A stretch of DNA of 63,683 nt, filler included, from Dimargaris cristalligena (Eukaryota), in NCBI GenBank assembly GCA_003614675.1. It is 2 parts of 2 records of this genome, joined end to end, with 100 filler letters (N's around TTAATTAATTAA, not from the genome) between each part and the next. Parts side by side here need not be neighbours in the genome. Positions count along the whole stretch, not along the records: positions 32,091 to 63,683 come from ML002435.1; 1 more part is not named here. One strand, 5' to 3'. The position numbers and the translations under genes were made by a program. A model generated the notes under the pieces. The model made no database searches. It had not been told where the DNA came from and saw only the letters and a program-made list of their open reading frames with translations. Of the stretch, positions 37,005-51,008 are shown one piece after another; the first letter of the stretch is position 1, and each line of letters starts with the position of its first letter.

Positions 37005-39073
37005 TGAGACTAGCGGTCAGAAGCACGCAGGGAGCAGGAGGAGGAGGCAAGGGATTTTTGGTAGGAAAGAGCGACGGGCAGCAGGTAATAATAGAGGGTA
37101 TAATGAAGTCGGGGGGCTTACAGTCGAAGACGCTTGGAAATATAGTAAATATTGTTGGTAAGTAGAGCGACAAAAAAAATAGCTCGTGAAGTTGAAGAAA
37201 GATGATGCAGGGGGGGAGATGTCCGGCCAACCGGCTTTAAATACGAAGAAAAGGACATGGTGGATCCAGAACGCCGAGCAACGCGATACGACTACTTTAT
37301 CTTTAAGCTCACCTACACTCTGTAGACCACCACCGACCGCATATATGGATGGATGGCCAAGGAAAAGGGTACTACGGACGGGGCTTGGCGTGTTCCACAT
37401 GTGGCTTCTCTGGTGAGCTAGGTAGGACAACTGCAATTAACTATACGTTCTGTAAGCATTGAGGCCCCCTACCCCCTTGTATATGTTATGTTACATGCTT
37501 ATATGCATATATGCGTATATATACACCTTTTGCATAATTATATGAGATATATATATATATGTATGTTACTCTCTTCTCGCTTCCACCTACCAACATACCT
37601 TACCTATACAACCCGCTTTTCTTGCCTCGCTTCGTTAGTTTCGCAGGTACACCACCACCTCGTCTGGAAAGCATAGTTGGTTGATGAGAATACATGGGTG
37701 TGTATGCCTTTCAAGAGGGGGATTGCCCATCACACTGCCAACAAGGATTGCCGGGATGGGAGGGCCCCCCACTGGCTAGCCCAATATAGCGAAAACTATG
37801 GTCTTCCCCGAGTCATCGCCAGCAAACGGCCCGGTGACGATGTTGTGAAGAAGGCTCTCAAAGGAATCCCAGCCGTAGCATATAGTATAGTATAGTATAT
37901 GCACCTACGGTCCTGTCATATTATTTCCCCCGCTCATGCGCATTATAATATCCTTATGTTTCTATTTTTCCAGCCCCCTCCCAGTGTGCTCCCTTGATGC
38001 TCTTTCTTTACCTCATCCACCTATTCCTCCCTCTCCCTCTCTTTCTCATCTGTCCCTGCTTCAGCCTCATTTGTCTTCGTTCCGAGCGCCCTTTTGCTTA
38101 CTCCTAATAGATTCGACCAAGTCGCCCATTATCCTGGCATTTTTGTGTGGCCCCAAGTCCACCCGGCCGTCCTACCGCCCAGCCCCCATCACGGTAAGTC
38201 GGGGCCCCACCGCCCTTCATCTCGTCGTCTGAAATATCCTCCGCCCCCCCGTGGTAACCCCTGAAAGGGCCCTGGTCTCTAATACTGCGAGCCGTTCTCC
38301 TGGCTCTCCCCGTTATGGCAGGGGCCCGGTTTGGCCAACCCGTTTATTCGTCGCCCCTGGGCCGCTCACCGCCGTTTAAGGTTTGGCTGGTCCCGCGACT
38401 GGGTTTGTGTAGCGGCGTCCAGGAAGGGTATATAATAGGGGGGCATAGCCATTCTTATTGGTGTAGAAAAAAGGTCCTGTTGTGCTGTGCCATGGCTCAA
38501 CCCGTATCACACACTCGCTGCCCCCCCTCCCCTTCTCCTCTTGTTTACAGCTGTTTCGCCTACTCAAACCCCTCTCAATTATGAAAGAGGTGGGTGGTAT
38601 GGGTATGGGTGACCAGGGTCGTGTGGTGGTGGTGGTGGGTTTGTTCCTAAGACCCCCTCCCCCTGGTAGGCTTGCTGAATACTACGCCAAACCAACGGAT
38701 GGACTCTCCCCCTCTGGGTGAGGAGGAGAACCTGGTTCGGCATTATTACTTTCTCCCCCCTCTCTCCCGCTCTTCTTACTTTTCTTTGAGCCAGCTTGGT
38801 CTTCATTCCTATATTCAGTTTCTCCTCGCTGCTTCTTCATCTGCCGGCTGGTTGATACGGCGAACTCACCACTTTCTTGCATCTGGCTATCTCCCACTTT
38901 ATTCCCCCTTTTCATTCCCTTTCGTTGGCAGTGATCTCTATCCGGTCGCCAACTCGCTGGTTGCATTGCCCCTTTCCTCGCCGTTTGCTGCATTCCCTGG
39001 CCCAGCTTAAGTTGCCTCTCCATTACGGTTCTTGGTCCTAAGCACCGCTTGACCCATCCTCCCCAACCGAGGC

Positions 39074-42000
39074 ATGCATGGTGTAACCTTACGTCGACGA
39101 GCCCCATCGCAGGCTAGCTCGCTGCACACCATCGAGATCCCCGTTCCTTCCCCCGCCCTCCAGACTATGGCTCCCCCCACGTCCATATACCAGCGGTGCC
39201 TTCAGCTGATGGACCGGCTCGCCCGGGTACCCGGCTTCGCCCCGTTTCTAGAACTCAGCGCCCCTCCCAAGACCCTGCCGAATTCTTCCAATGCCACCCT
39301 GGTCGGCCCAGACTCCCAAGTCCCCGCGGATGCTAACCCTTCTGGGACTCAGCTCCCTGACACTGCTGCGCAGCCCTACCTAGACCCTATTCACTATCTC
39401 TGGAATATCTTCCGTAACGGCCACAGTTTGATCACTATCTATAATGTACTTCGACCTGACGAGCCCATCCTATTCGAGGCCGACTCCAACATGACTCAGA
39501 GCAAACAGGATAAGCTGAAGATTTTCCATTTTCTTAAGGCCATCAACTCCACCGGACTGGTGAAAGACGCCCAGTCTTTAATTATCAGCGACTTGTTTCG
39601 GGATGATACAAATGCCTTCATCAAAGTACTAGATATTGTAGCCACCCTCCTCGACGAACTTGAACGTAGCGGTCGGCTCAACCCTGAGGTTGAAGACAAG
39701 CCCTCCCTCCGCTTTAGCGATGCATCCACCAAGCGACCTGAAAACAATCGCGAACGGGTAGTGGTGGAACTTCTTGAAACCGAGCGAAGTTACGTTAATG
39801 ACCTTGAAACCCTGCGAGTAAGTCCTGATTTATCCAATTCCGTTCTGCCCATTGCCAGTGCCATTGCAAGTATGATAGCATACCCGTTTCCACCATTCCG
39901 AGTCCTCCCCTAACGGCATCCCCCTTTTTCTATTTTGTTTCGGTTGGCATGTACTCCCTTCCTCCTGTTCCTTTAATGGCGATTAACTCACCGTACTAGC
40001 GCTACATGCAAGAAATCCAGACGCAGCATATTTTACCGGAAGAGACTGTCCGGCTCATGTTTGCTAATTTGAACGCTCTGCTCGATTTCCAGCGCCGGTT
40101 CCTGGTGGGCATCGAAATTAACTCACGGAGAAGTGCCGATGAGCAACAATTCGGTGAATTGTTTATGAAAATGGTACGTCTATAATTTTTTTATTTTGCC
40201 GTTCTTTGGTATTGATTTGTTCAATCTACCGTAATTCACGGCTCTATTTATCTGGTCTGTGTTCCGCACACTGCGCTTGCGGCCCAGTCATGCTTCCCCG
40301 CCTGGCGGTTAATGGCCTAGCTAATCTCTGACTACCCTTATTCGCAACGACTGGCCATGTTCAACCCCCTCCTGAAGTTCCGTCTTTTTAACGCCTCTTT
40401 TTTATTGCGCCAACGTCTTAATTTACGAATTCTCGATATTATAGGAGGACATGTTTGCAGTGTACGAACCTTATATAGCCAACCATGACCGGGCAGCCGA
40501 GATTGCCCTCCGGGAGGCAAATACATTACAAGTAGGTGCCTGACGCAACAATCTTAAAACCAACCCCCTACATTTTTGATTGGCACCCTTTACCATCCTA
40601 GACGCAGGGACTAAATATTACCTGCCCGATAAAACCCAACTCCATCTGACTGATGCCCATTCGTTAGTACCTTGGTCAAATTGTGTTTACTCTCCTGCTA
40701 ACCCTTTTTCCCGCCTCGGGGTTTTTCCTCTTCGATCCATTCATTGAATCACATCATGTTCAACCACCTAGAAACTTGCACATATAATCAACCCGACGTT
40801 TCAACTACCATCCATGCTGATTAAACCTGTACAGAGAATCTGTAAATACGAGCTGCTCTACCGGGTAAGTATTCTTGTTTCGACCTATACGCTTGTAGTG
40901 TACCACCGTAGTGTAGTAATGGCGTGGAATATCTTTGGATTTCTCTCCCTGGAGACCCCACTATGCGTATAATAACTTAACTTGGAACCCTATCATCGTA
41001 TATATTTTCACCATTTGTCTGCGTTTCTAGGAACTCATTAAGTTCAGTGACAAGAATGCCCCGAACCTGAAGGATCTTCAGGACGGACTTGAGGCGACCA
41101 AGCGAGTGGCCAATCGGTCCAACGAAACTATGCGCCGGGAAGAGAATTACAACGCCCTTAAAGACCTGGAGCTGCGAGTGGAGGACTGGCGTAGGATCGA
41201 CTTTGCCAAATTCGGCGAGCTGCACCTGTTTGACAAGTTCGCCATGACCACTAGTGATATTGTCAACGAGCTCCAGCTCTACCTGTTCGACGATAGCCTG
41301 ATTTGCTGCAAAGAAGTCGAGCCCTCCAAGGAAAACCGCAAGTCACAGAAGCACCAATCCCAGGGTAGCGGGAATTCAAGTTTAGACGCCAGCTTGGCCG
41401 ACGCCAGTGCCGCGGCAAAAAGAAAGAAGGGATCCCTCCAGGTAAAGGGCCGGGTTCATTTGTATAAGATGCACCGTATCTCCAACACCTCCAAGAACGG
41501 CAACCTTTCCCTCACCTTCTTTTGGCGGGATATGGTGATGGAGCACTTTAGTCTAAAGTTCCGCACCGAGGAGCAGCTCAACATGTGGAAAACCACCATT
41601 GAGAAGCTTTCCTACGTCGCCAAGGAAAAGGAAGAGGCCCGGCGGCAGGCCATCGCTAGCTCCGCGGTCAATGCTGGTCCCCACGCCGCTGCCGCCCTGG
41701 GCGCCCAGTCCGTGGCAACCTCGCGGGTCGAGCCCAATGTGTCCGAATACGTTATGCTTCATCCCGCCAAAGGCTCCATCAGTACCAATGTCCCCACCAC
41801 TCCCACCACCCCCAGCACCCCCGGCTTTTTCCTAGGGGGTCAGTTTAGTAATACGGGCGGTGCCCACTCGGGCTACCCCTACGGTACTCTCTCCGGGTAC
41901 CCCGGAACCCCCGGCGCTATTCCACCTCCCCCCAAGTTGACCCACGTGCACTCTCACAACTATCTGGGCTCAACCGGTACCAGCCCGTCCAGTAGCTCGT

Positions 42001-43577
42001 CGACTCCCCACCACCAGCTCGGCCTCCACGGATCCGCCCCTGCGACGCCCGGGTCCAGTAAGCCCCCTATATCCTATCCCACGGCACGTAAGGTTTCCGG
42101 GATGGCGGAGGACAGCTACTTCAACGGCCTAACCCACCCACCCCTTCCCGAGGAGCCAGCCGAAACCTATTATTACTACCGCCGTACTGGATCAACTGCG
42201 GAAGGCCACGATTTCCTGCCTGACCAGTTCCACCGGGGGGTCCAAATCAGTCGGGAGAATACCCACGACGGAGTAACCTCCTCCTCCTCGTCATCCTCTG
42301 CAAGTCATAATACCCAGCGGGCCGGGAACGGTAACCGGTCCGTTTCGGCCGAAGTGGTCTACCGGCAGGTGAACACATCCAACCTGGTCCCTCCAACGGC
42401 TAATTACACGCAATTTCGGGACCCGCCCTACAGTGCCCATATGCCCAGCAATCTACGGACGGCTAGCCTTGGCGGAAGTTTGGGGGTAACGGGTGGGAAC
42501 GGCACCATCCCCTTCCGGGACCGCAGCGGGAGCACGCCCAATATCTACTCCGGGCCTTTCCCGGATCGCCAAATGCTACGCCACCCCAGCCCTGGCCCTG
42601 GGGGGCCGAACCCGGCCCACTATATGGCCGGATCCCATCCCCCGCCGCCACCCGTTCCGCTCAAGTCATCCGGACCCGCCATTGAGCGGTATTACTCGGA
42701 GGATCTGGCCCACTATGACGATTCCACCCCCGCCGCTCTACGAAATAGCTCCCTCACCCCCTCGGCCTTGATGGTCAAGAACACCAGCCTGCCCCGCCCG
42801 CCGGTGATTAGTACGCAATCCTACAACGGACAGTCGCTGTCCCACCACTCCGGTTCCAATCAGAGCTCCCCTATTGATGGCGCGACGCTCCCTTATGCCC
42901 CTTTAACCGTGCATACTTCTGCCGTTCATTCCGTATCCACCTCGGCGGTTTCTTACCACTCGTCCGCGGGCAGTAATCACCATCTCTACGGGCATCGGCG
43001 GTCGCCCAGTAACTCCATTTCCCAAGGTAGTTTAGACCCACGCGGCTCCCCCAGTAAGGGATCTCACCACCACACTGCCCTGTCACCCCTATCCCAGGTG
43101 CACCCCCCTCCACTTCCCCTGGCCCAGCCAACTGGCTCACCCGACGGAGTATCCCATTCCGGCCCTCAGGTTAAAGTCAAAGTAAACTATCGCAGCGAGA
43201 TCTTTGCCCTCATGGTTCCGTCGGATATCGGCTACCAAGAACTGATTGGTCGGATCGAGCGCAAGATTAATGTATGTACCGGTCGAAAGACCTCCTCCGG
43301 AAGCCCCGAGTCCGCCGCAGGGAGTCCATCTCTCAGCACCAAGCCCCTTCCTCCACTGAAATTTACGTATCAGGATGAGGACGGTGACTTTATTTCGCTG
43401 AAGACCGACGCGGATTTCCAGTTGGCTCTTGAGACGCGGCAGAAGTCTCCCCTGTTACCAGGCACAGGCTCAGGATTTATGGCTAACGCCAGTCCTAACC
43501 CAGATGGTAGTTCCGCTGATCAGTCGGGCAACACCCCGGCTGCCGGTATGTGGTCCATAAACATATTTGCCTCGTAG
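39074..43577 (+). CDS. CDC24: Rho guanine nucleotide exchange factor CDC24/Scd1, ~1214 aa, 5 exons (39074-39817, 40000-40173, 40445-40531, 40772-40864, 41031-43577)
   Basis: CH domain (DPIHYLWNIFRNG..ISDLFRDDTNAFIKVL). DH domain (VVVELLETERSYVNDLE; FANLNALLDFQRRFL; LIKPVQRICKYELL). PH domain (FGELHLFD..LICCKE..LQVKGRV). C-terminal PB1 (VKVKVNY..YQDEDGDFISL). All introns are GT-AG in phase 0. Confidence 0.95.
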
Positions 43578-44548
43578 TTCGTTCGCACTAATCCGAGTTG
43601 CTGAGTTGTACAACAAATCCCCTTCCGTATTGATGTAAAAAGGAGGGTGTGAATGTGGATGATTGCCTCCCCCGCACATTATTTAACCAGCTCTGCCCCT
43701 CCCATGCGTGGTCTTGTCTGATTTTTTAGTATCTGGGGGTCTATTAATATGTACACTGGGGTAAAAGTGCGGGTGGGGGAGAGAGAGGATGGTGCACTGT
43801 CTAGACATATTTTCCACTCATATATCCAATCCACCCTCATTGAATAACTCCTGGCTATTGGTTCATTTATTACTATTACTATCATCATTATTATTATTAC
43901 TACTACTATTCTTAATCCATGCATTTGAGGTACACATTGCTCATTTTTACCCTTATAAACGCAATGTTGATCGGCTTTTTTCTCATTAGTGTTTGTTTAT
44001 TCTGTGCAAATATACGTTGTGTTTCAGTTGCCTGGGATGATTTTTTACTTAAAGGGATTCAATACTTTCCAATAACCGGACTGCTTATCCATGCCATGGG
44101 GTTGCTCTAACGATTGATTAAAATGGACTAGAGCTCCATTATGGGTAGGTGGTATTTGCGGGGCTTGGGTGGCCCAGGTTCACAAACGAGATGGCTAGTC
44201 AACCAGCCCACAATGTATTTTATCTGGCAGGGTCGGCATCCATTTAGCAAATCTGTGATCAGGCGGATATCCAGCTGCACTGAAAAGGGTATGTACCTAA
44301 AATAACAGTTCAAACAAATGAGTTGAATGATCCTGTTCGTAATTAATTAATTATGTAACGGAACGATCAATGTGATCTACGCAAATGTGATGTGTTTTTT
44401 TTACCTGTAACAGTAATTGGTGTTGTCGTCTCAAAACACTATACTTACACAGCTGCTTTAGTATTACCTATCCACTCGGAATGGGTTTGGGATTTGACAA
44501 CATCCACTGTCCCTCACTCATTATTTTACATGCTAGAGGTATAGGTAT

Positions 44549-44579
44549 GGGTGAGGTTCCTTCAGGTTGTATGACAAAA
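44549..44579 (+). mobile_element. Isolated left terminus of the same MITE family
   Basis: GGGTGAGGTTCCTTCAGGTTGTAT matches the left end of copy 2 at 22 of 24 positions. No convincing right end. Confidence 0.55.
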
Positions 44580-45469
44580 CGCCTGTTTATTAAAACAATT
44601 ATTGCGGATAATAAATAACTTCCACTCTTTTGTATCAATCCACCAACTCAACACTACTACAGGAAACTCGACCGCACCTGTCATTGTATACGGGATTCCC
44701 ATATTGGCGATTTCCTCGCTTATTGTTTATGGCATGAGGGGGGGGGATTGCGGTTTGGTTGAACTAATAATTGACTCCAAGAACTCTCAACTCATCCCCC
44801 TAAATACCAGCATATACAAAGACTACCATACTTTAGATATACATAAATGATGCATTTCGTATCCTCGCCTTTATTCAATTGATCGGTATTTCGGCATCCT
44901 ACGGTACACTGTTCCCTAAATCTGGTGGACTGGTCGAGTGCCCATTACACCCCCGAGACAGACAGGCCCGGCCGATGATTTTAGAATGACCTTCTCAAAG
45001 TCCAAGGAGAACACTTTGAATAAATGGCGACAAGTGTCCACTAGTTGAAACCACAAAACTCTCGACCAACGGTACCCAGCGTTTACTCTAGACCGTGGTT
45101 CGTTGGTATGGCCTTCATGGTGTCATTGCATATATCAGTAATTGAGCAAAGGGACTAGTCAATTTTTACAGAAATTGGGACACCCTTTTCCATAATTCCC
45201 CCGCACCGCACTAGGGTCTGGAGTCTTACGCCAGGTTTGCGAAAGATAGCCACTTCCATATCTATAGCGAGGCCGCTGATCAGGCCAAGTTGTACAAAAA
45301 GAACCAAGTTTACTATCAAACCATTGGAAATCGGCATATTTGCAAAGTTAGATAATTGGGTAAAGGACAGAACTTCGTATAATAAAGTGAAAAGTGTAGG
45401 TGTGGAGGTGCTTTCACCTCAGGGAAAAGACCCGTAACGGCAGGGGTGGTATTCCGTTTATCGTTGGTT

Positions 45470-48400
45470 CTAATACTTGGGGGTAAAGGAATCCAGCCGC
45501 TGGGTAGCTGCCGTTAGGTTGAGGCAACTCTTAAACGGCAGGGGTTCCAAAATAACATGATGACCATCGGCCATGGTCATTACATAGGAGTCGAATGGGA
45601 CTCGGCCAAACGGGTCGATGGGAGTATTGGCGGGAGTTCCCGTCGTTAGCAGCTGCATATTCGGGTGGAAGAAGGACTCGAGGATGTTTTCGGTACGAAG
45701 TAGTTCCGCGGTTTGGGTAATTCCTTCTTCGCGGGTGGTCGGAGTCGCGGATTTCACCGTGGTGGCTGCCTTGTCATCCGAACCGTCCTCGTCCTCGTCA
45801 TCGCTGCCACTACCGGAGTCGTTATCCTCGTCCAGTGTACTAGCGGTATCATCTTCCTTGTTCGCTGAGGCTGGAGTGCTCTCCACCTTCGGAAGTTGGT
45901 AGAATTGTTGGACCAGGTCAGCGGCTAATTCCGACTTAATGCGAGGGTCGTCTTCGTCGTCCACGGGGTGGGTCTGTAGATAGGCAACCAGCTCCTCCAA
46001 GGTGAGGTGCACATTGTGGTGGGTCAGGTAGGCGTGGAGGCCCAGCAGAGTCAGACTATACGGGTAGGTTCGGGTGGGGACGGCGGGGGTTGCCAGGTCG
46101 GCCGGGACGACGGCCAATTTCGACGGAAAAATATGGACGGCCATGGAGGTAAACTGGGGCGCAGAGTGGTCCAGGTAGCGTTCGGCAAAGGCCACCATGG
46201 TAGAAAAGTCCAGTTGGCGGAGGGCCTCGATATCCCGCAGGCGGTAGTCGAATTCCCAGGTGTAGTCCGAGATGCGTTCCCACAGATTGCGTGCTTCGTC
46301 GTACATGGACTTGGGGGGCACCTGCTTCCTTTTAATGAGCGCCTCGCGGTGTTTCTCAAACTTCTCCGACTTCATCGTCACAATCTGTTGGAGCATGGTG
46401 CGCAGGAAGGTCAGGATACGGCACTGTAGGTAAACGGGGCTACGCTCGCTTTGGATGGAAAATTCCAGCGTAATAAGCCCCGAGGACCGGAACACTTCCC
46501 CACAGTTGACCAGGTATCCGAGGGACTCCTTGGTCCGCAGCTGGTTAAAGAAGGGCTCTTCCATAATATCGGCAAGGAGTTGCGCGCAGGCCCGCAAGTT
46601 CGGGTTGCTCTCCATTCCCAGGGGGATAACCATGATAATGGCCGCGTTCTTTTCGTTGGCATTGGGATGGCCGCGCTGGCGCACCAAGCGCTGGCCCCGG
46701 GGTAGGTCCACGGATCGGACCTGGGGCATCTCTGAGCCGAAGAAGGGCATAGTTCCCAAGATGTCGTGGCAGGACTGCTGGATCGCAAGGGCCTGTTCCT
46801 CATGATAGTTACCGTAGACGAGCACCTCGGGGGCCAGGCGGACCAGGAGCTCGTGCTTGAACGCGATCAGCTGCTCGAGGGTCATGTCCTGGGCGGCCCG
46901 CAGGCGGTCGCTGTTACTCCAGTAGTGCTGGTGGGTCAGCTGGATGGACTCGGCGTTGGCGTGGCTAAGGGCGCTGGCGAATTGGAAGCGCTTCAGCTCC
47001 CGGATGGCGTTCTCCTTGAAAATATCAAAGCGGTTCAGAGTAGGGGCAAAGGATTGTAGCTCCCGCAGGACACGCTCCAGGATGAGCTGAAGCTTGTCTT
47101 GGAACCCGGTCACATGGAATACCAGGCCCTCGGCGCGCTGCAGGAGGGATACCGATATGCCGGCCTCGGATGCATCGTAGAGCATCTCGTTCATGTGGTC
47201 GACAAACAGGTGGATGAGAAGTTCCATTCGTACGGAGTGAAACGGGTTGGAGCCGGCCAGGTTATTGAGCAAGCGCACGAGGATGGTGCCGCGGGGAAGC
47301 CAGAATCGGTCGTCCGGTTTAAACCAGAGGCGGTGGGCGCCGTCCATCTTGAGCAGGGTGGGTTTAAGGATTCGGGGACAATCCTCCTGGCGGCTGACCG
47401 TGAAGTTCTTGGGGATGAATGGGTTAGGACTGGGTAGGTGGAATACCGGGTCGGGCTGGGCGATGGCGTGAAGGCGGTCCTTGAAGGCCGGGCTGAACGG
47501 AACCAGCGCGTACTTGGCCCCGTAGTGGGGCTCCACCTGGGTATTGGGCAGTTCCAAATCCTTGGCCAACAGGATCTGCAAAAAGTTATCGGGGTTGAGG
47601 TAGCCCAGCAGCTCCCGAATCTGATCGGGACGGTAGTCCCGAATCACGCTATACCCGGATAGGTAGTGCTCAGGGCGGAACCACGGGTAGCCTATAGTAG
47701 AGCTGAGCTGGGTGCAGAAGGTTTGCGAATGGATCTTGGAACTGTACCGGAACTCGACCTGACTCATGGCCCGCACTTGATTAAAGTAGTCCTCCTGAGG
47801 CCCCCCCTGGTGGAGCAGCTGGATGAAGCTGAATAGGGCCGCAATGATATCCTCGGTATGCTCGAGCCCCTCGGGGGTCAGGCTCACGGTCACGTCAAAG
47901 GCGTCGAACCCAATGGCATCCGCTAGGGCACCGCTGGCGGACAGGGTCGTGATCCAGCCCTGTTTTTTGAGGTGGCTCGTTAGTGAGCCCGCACCCTCGT
48001 GGCCAATGAGGCAGGACAGGAAGTAGGTCGGGTTGCACTCGTAGTGCGGCTTGAAATCCGGGGTGGGAAACAAAATGGTAAGGGTTCGTATCGTCTGCAC
48101 CGGTTCGATGCGGATAGTCCGGCCCAGGTGCTCGGGCTTCCACGGGGACGAGGGCGAGTAGGGGGTCGGGCGATCTTTATTAGCGATGGGAGAGAACTTG
48201 GAGACCACCCACTCGGTGAGATGGTCCAGTGAGTCACGACCGTAGACCACCAGCTGCATCAGGTTGGCCGAGTAGTACGCGTCGTAGAACTTCAGTAGCT
48301 CGTCGCGCACATTAATGCCCAGGGACTCAGGTATCTCCTTGAGGGTTTTGAGGTCGCCCGTGGCGAAGTTGGAGAAGGGGTGCGAGGGGTCCGTGACGGA

Positions 48401-49115
48401 TTTGTTGACTTGGAATTCACGCCACGAGTCGTTTTGGAGATTCTTTTTATGCTCAGAGTCAACGGCCTTGAGTTCCCGGTCCTTGCAGTTATCACTGAAC
48501 AGGGGGGAGATGAAGAACTGCGCAAATCTAGTGGAGGGGGGAAGCGGTGGGGGTAGGAGATAGTGGGCATACTGGGGCATGGGTTTAGAATAGATACGAA
48601 GGGCGGGGAGCCCAAAAGGGGAGGGGGTGAAACAGATTGGTGCGTAGATATGTGGGAGAGTAGGCTGGAGTCTGAGGCACTTACCGGTCCAGGGCGCCTT
48701 CAAAGTACTCGGAGTTGACGGTGAAATGGTAATTGGTATGGTTCATGTCAGTATAGGCATTGGAATAGCCACCGTGGCTGCTCAGATACTGGCTGTATTC
48801 ATTTTCCTCGGGGTATTTGTCTGTGCCCATAAACAGCAGATGTTCGCAGTAATGGGCCAGACCTTGCAATTTGGGGGGATCGGCGAAGTCGCCAACCCGA
48901 ACATTGAGAGCGGCACTGGACTGGATAGCGTCGTCGGCAGGAGCTTGGATAATAACGGCCCTCAGCTGATTGGGCAATTCAATGAGCCGGTATTGGTTGT
49001 CGTCGGATACACTCTGTTCCAGGACGCCCGTGTAGGTGAAGTAGGGCTGACCTGTGGCGATATGGTCGAGTTTGTAGCCGGGGGGTGGCGACAATGGGCT
49101 ATTGGGCGACGACAT
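45470..49115 (-). CDS. STE23: Insulysin / insulin-degrading-enzyme-like metalloprotease (M16A), ~1162 aa, 2 exons (49115-48685, 48527-45470)
   Basis: Inverted zinc motif GLAHYCEHLLFMGTDKYP. Further motifs HGGYSNAYT, ALDR/FAQFFISPLF, RELKAVDSEHKKN, YYSANLM, LIGHEGAGSL, FFNQLRTKESLGY. Phase-2 GTAAGT..CTAG intron. Confidence 0.93.
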
Positions 49116-51008
49116 GGGGGGTGCAGAAGAATAAGTTACGGAGTTTGGAAAGGGGATAGATAAGGCAAAAGGGCAGTCCAACGAAAGCTAAAGCGGGTGG
49201 ATGGAGTGGACCGAGTGGGCGGTGAGGCGGCTTATAAAGTACCAACGACCTTGCCGCTGTAGGGCAGATGCAGAGTGCCTTAAAAGAGGACCAGGAGGCG
49301 GGGGCCCTGTTTTCCGCCTGGACCTGAATCTCTTCCCATCTGCCTTTCAATGAGGTCGCCTTAAAACCATACCATCACGTGATGGGCTCGGAGGCTGGGT
49401 TGGACTCGCTAGGCGGGGCCCCCCCGCATCCAGAAACCATTAAACGGCCACATCAGCCTTCGGTTCCGGCCTTCCATAATCTGCCATTTGGATTCCATGA
49501 AGGGGCGGGGCCGGGTTTGTCTTGTGCCGGCATACTCTTCCATCTTTATCAGCTAAAAAGACCTCTTGGTATCGGTTTCCAACCGGAAGACGGTTGTGCG
49601 AAGCCATTATTAGTAGACAGGTCGAATATAGTGCCCGGTGGAGTTCACTTGACTACACGCAAAACCAGCCGGGCCGTGTTTTGGATTCTGGTAATGAGTC
49701 CTCCGCCCCTCGAAAGGCGCATAGCCACACATTTTTTGGTGACCCAAATCACGGCCCAGCCTTCTTAACCATAGGTTCCCGATCTTCAAGTTGATGCCAG
49801 CGCGACTATTCAGGCTGGTAATCCAATGAATCATCATATACCACGAAGATTTATGAGTCGCCCCCAACCCCAACGCTATTACTCACAATGGCTCTTCTTA
49901 ATAAAGGAATAAAAAGGGACCATGGTCATTCAATTTGGCCATTAGTGGCTACAGAATACTATCGAAGGGGGGAATTGTATCGGTTTATTTTGTAAGCAAC
50001 CACCGCCCCATCGTCTCCGACGTTCTGCAGCGACGTGTCGCATTGTGGTCAAAATCCCTTACCTTGTTTCCCCATGATGGAGCCCAGTTGAGTGTATCCA
50101 ACTTAACATGGCCGCTGACTCCCGTTCCTTAGGATTTGATTGACTTTGATCACTCCCCTCCCAATGTGGTCCGGTTTTATTCGGGGCATTTTGGGCTAGG
50201 TGTGTGTCGCCCCTGGCCAATGTTTCCATCAATAAAATCGTAATTATGGACCTCTAGTGATGTTCATCTACAAAACATAGCTGCACGTCCTTCCGCGAGA
50301 CCAGTCTATCAAAGGGCTGGCTTGGAATCCCCCGGGTCTTGAAAAGTACGGAGTGTCTAAAACTGAAACTTCCCCAAATTCTACCCACCGGTAGACTTCT
50401 TCGTACCTAATGCGACATGTATACCGCGTATTGTTGAGCTACCTTGGATATGCTCTCCAAACCGTAGTAGATGGTATATAGGACGGGTCTCCGCCCTCGC
50501 ACTGAACCCCGAATTGGAATGCCGTATAGTTGGAATTACACCCCAGTTCTAGCAAAAGGAAAATTAACCCAGCTACCATAATACCAAGCCGAGGGCTGGA
50601 AGGGTTCGCCAAATCCACTGGCAATCACCGCTCACTGGAATAATTTTGGGGCTACCCTGATTTTTAGGTATTGTGCATCTAGGTAAAACAGTTGGAATCT
50701 GAAAAATTAGGCGAATACAATGTTCCAGATTACGGCGTTTATTTCAGGGGCACGATTGTGACCAGTGGTTATTTATTAGCGAGAAATTGCAAAGTTCCAC
50801 CCAAGTCATGGGTGCATTATATTGTGTTGGGAAAACCTAAAAAGCGGCGGAAACGTCCGACCGACAAATGGCAGTAAGTATAATATAATTGTACAGCTCT
50901 TCATTACATCCTTTGAGCCATATCCCCAATTAAGTGGCCAAGGAGTGGGACCATGATATTTGAAGAGGCGAAACTGGGGGGATCGCTTGTAGATCGCGTG
51001 TTCTTTCA

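Noticed and set aside
45155-45337. 60-aa ORF with a hydrophobic N-terminus
   Set aside because: It lies in the probable 3' UTR of the insulysin gene and has no other support.
39074-49115. CDC24 next to STE23 as a possible mating/pheromone cluster
   Set aside because: Both are broadly conserved housekeeping genes, convergently oriented, with no pheromone, receptor or MAT transcription factor nearby.
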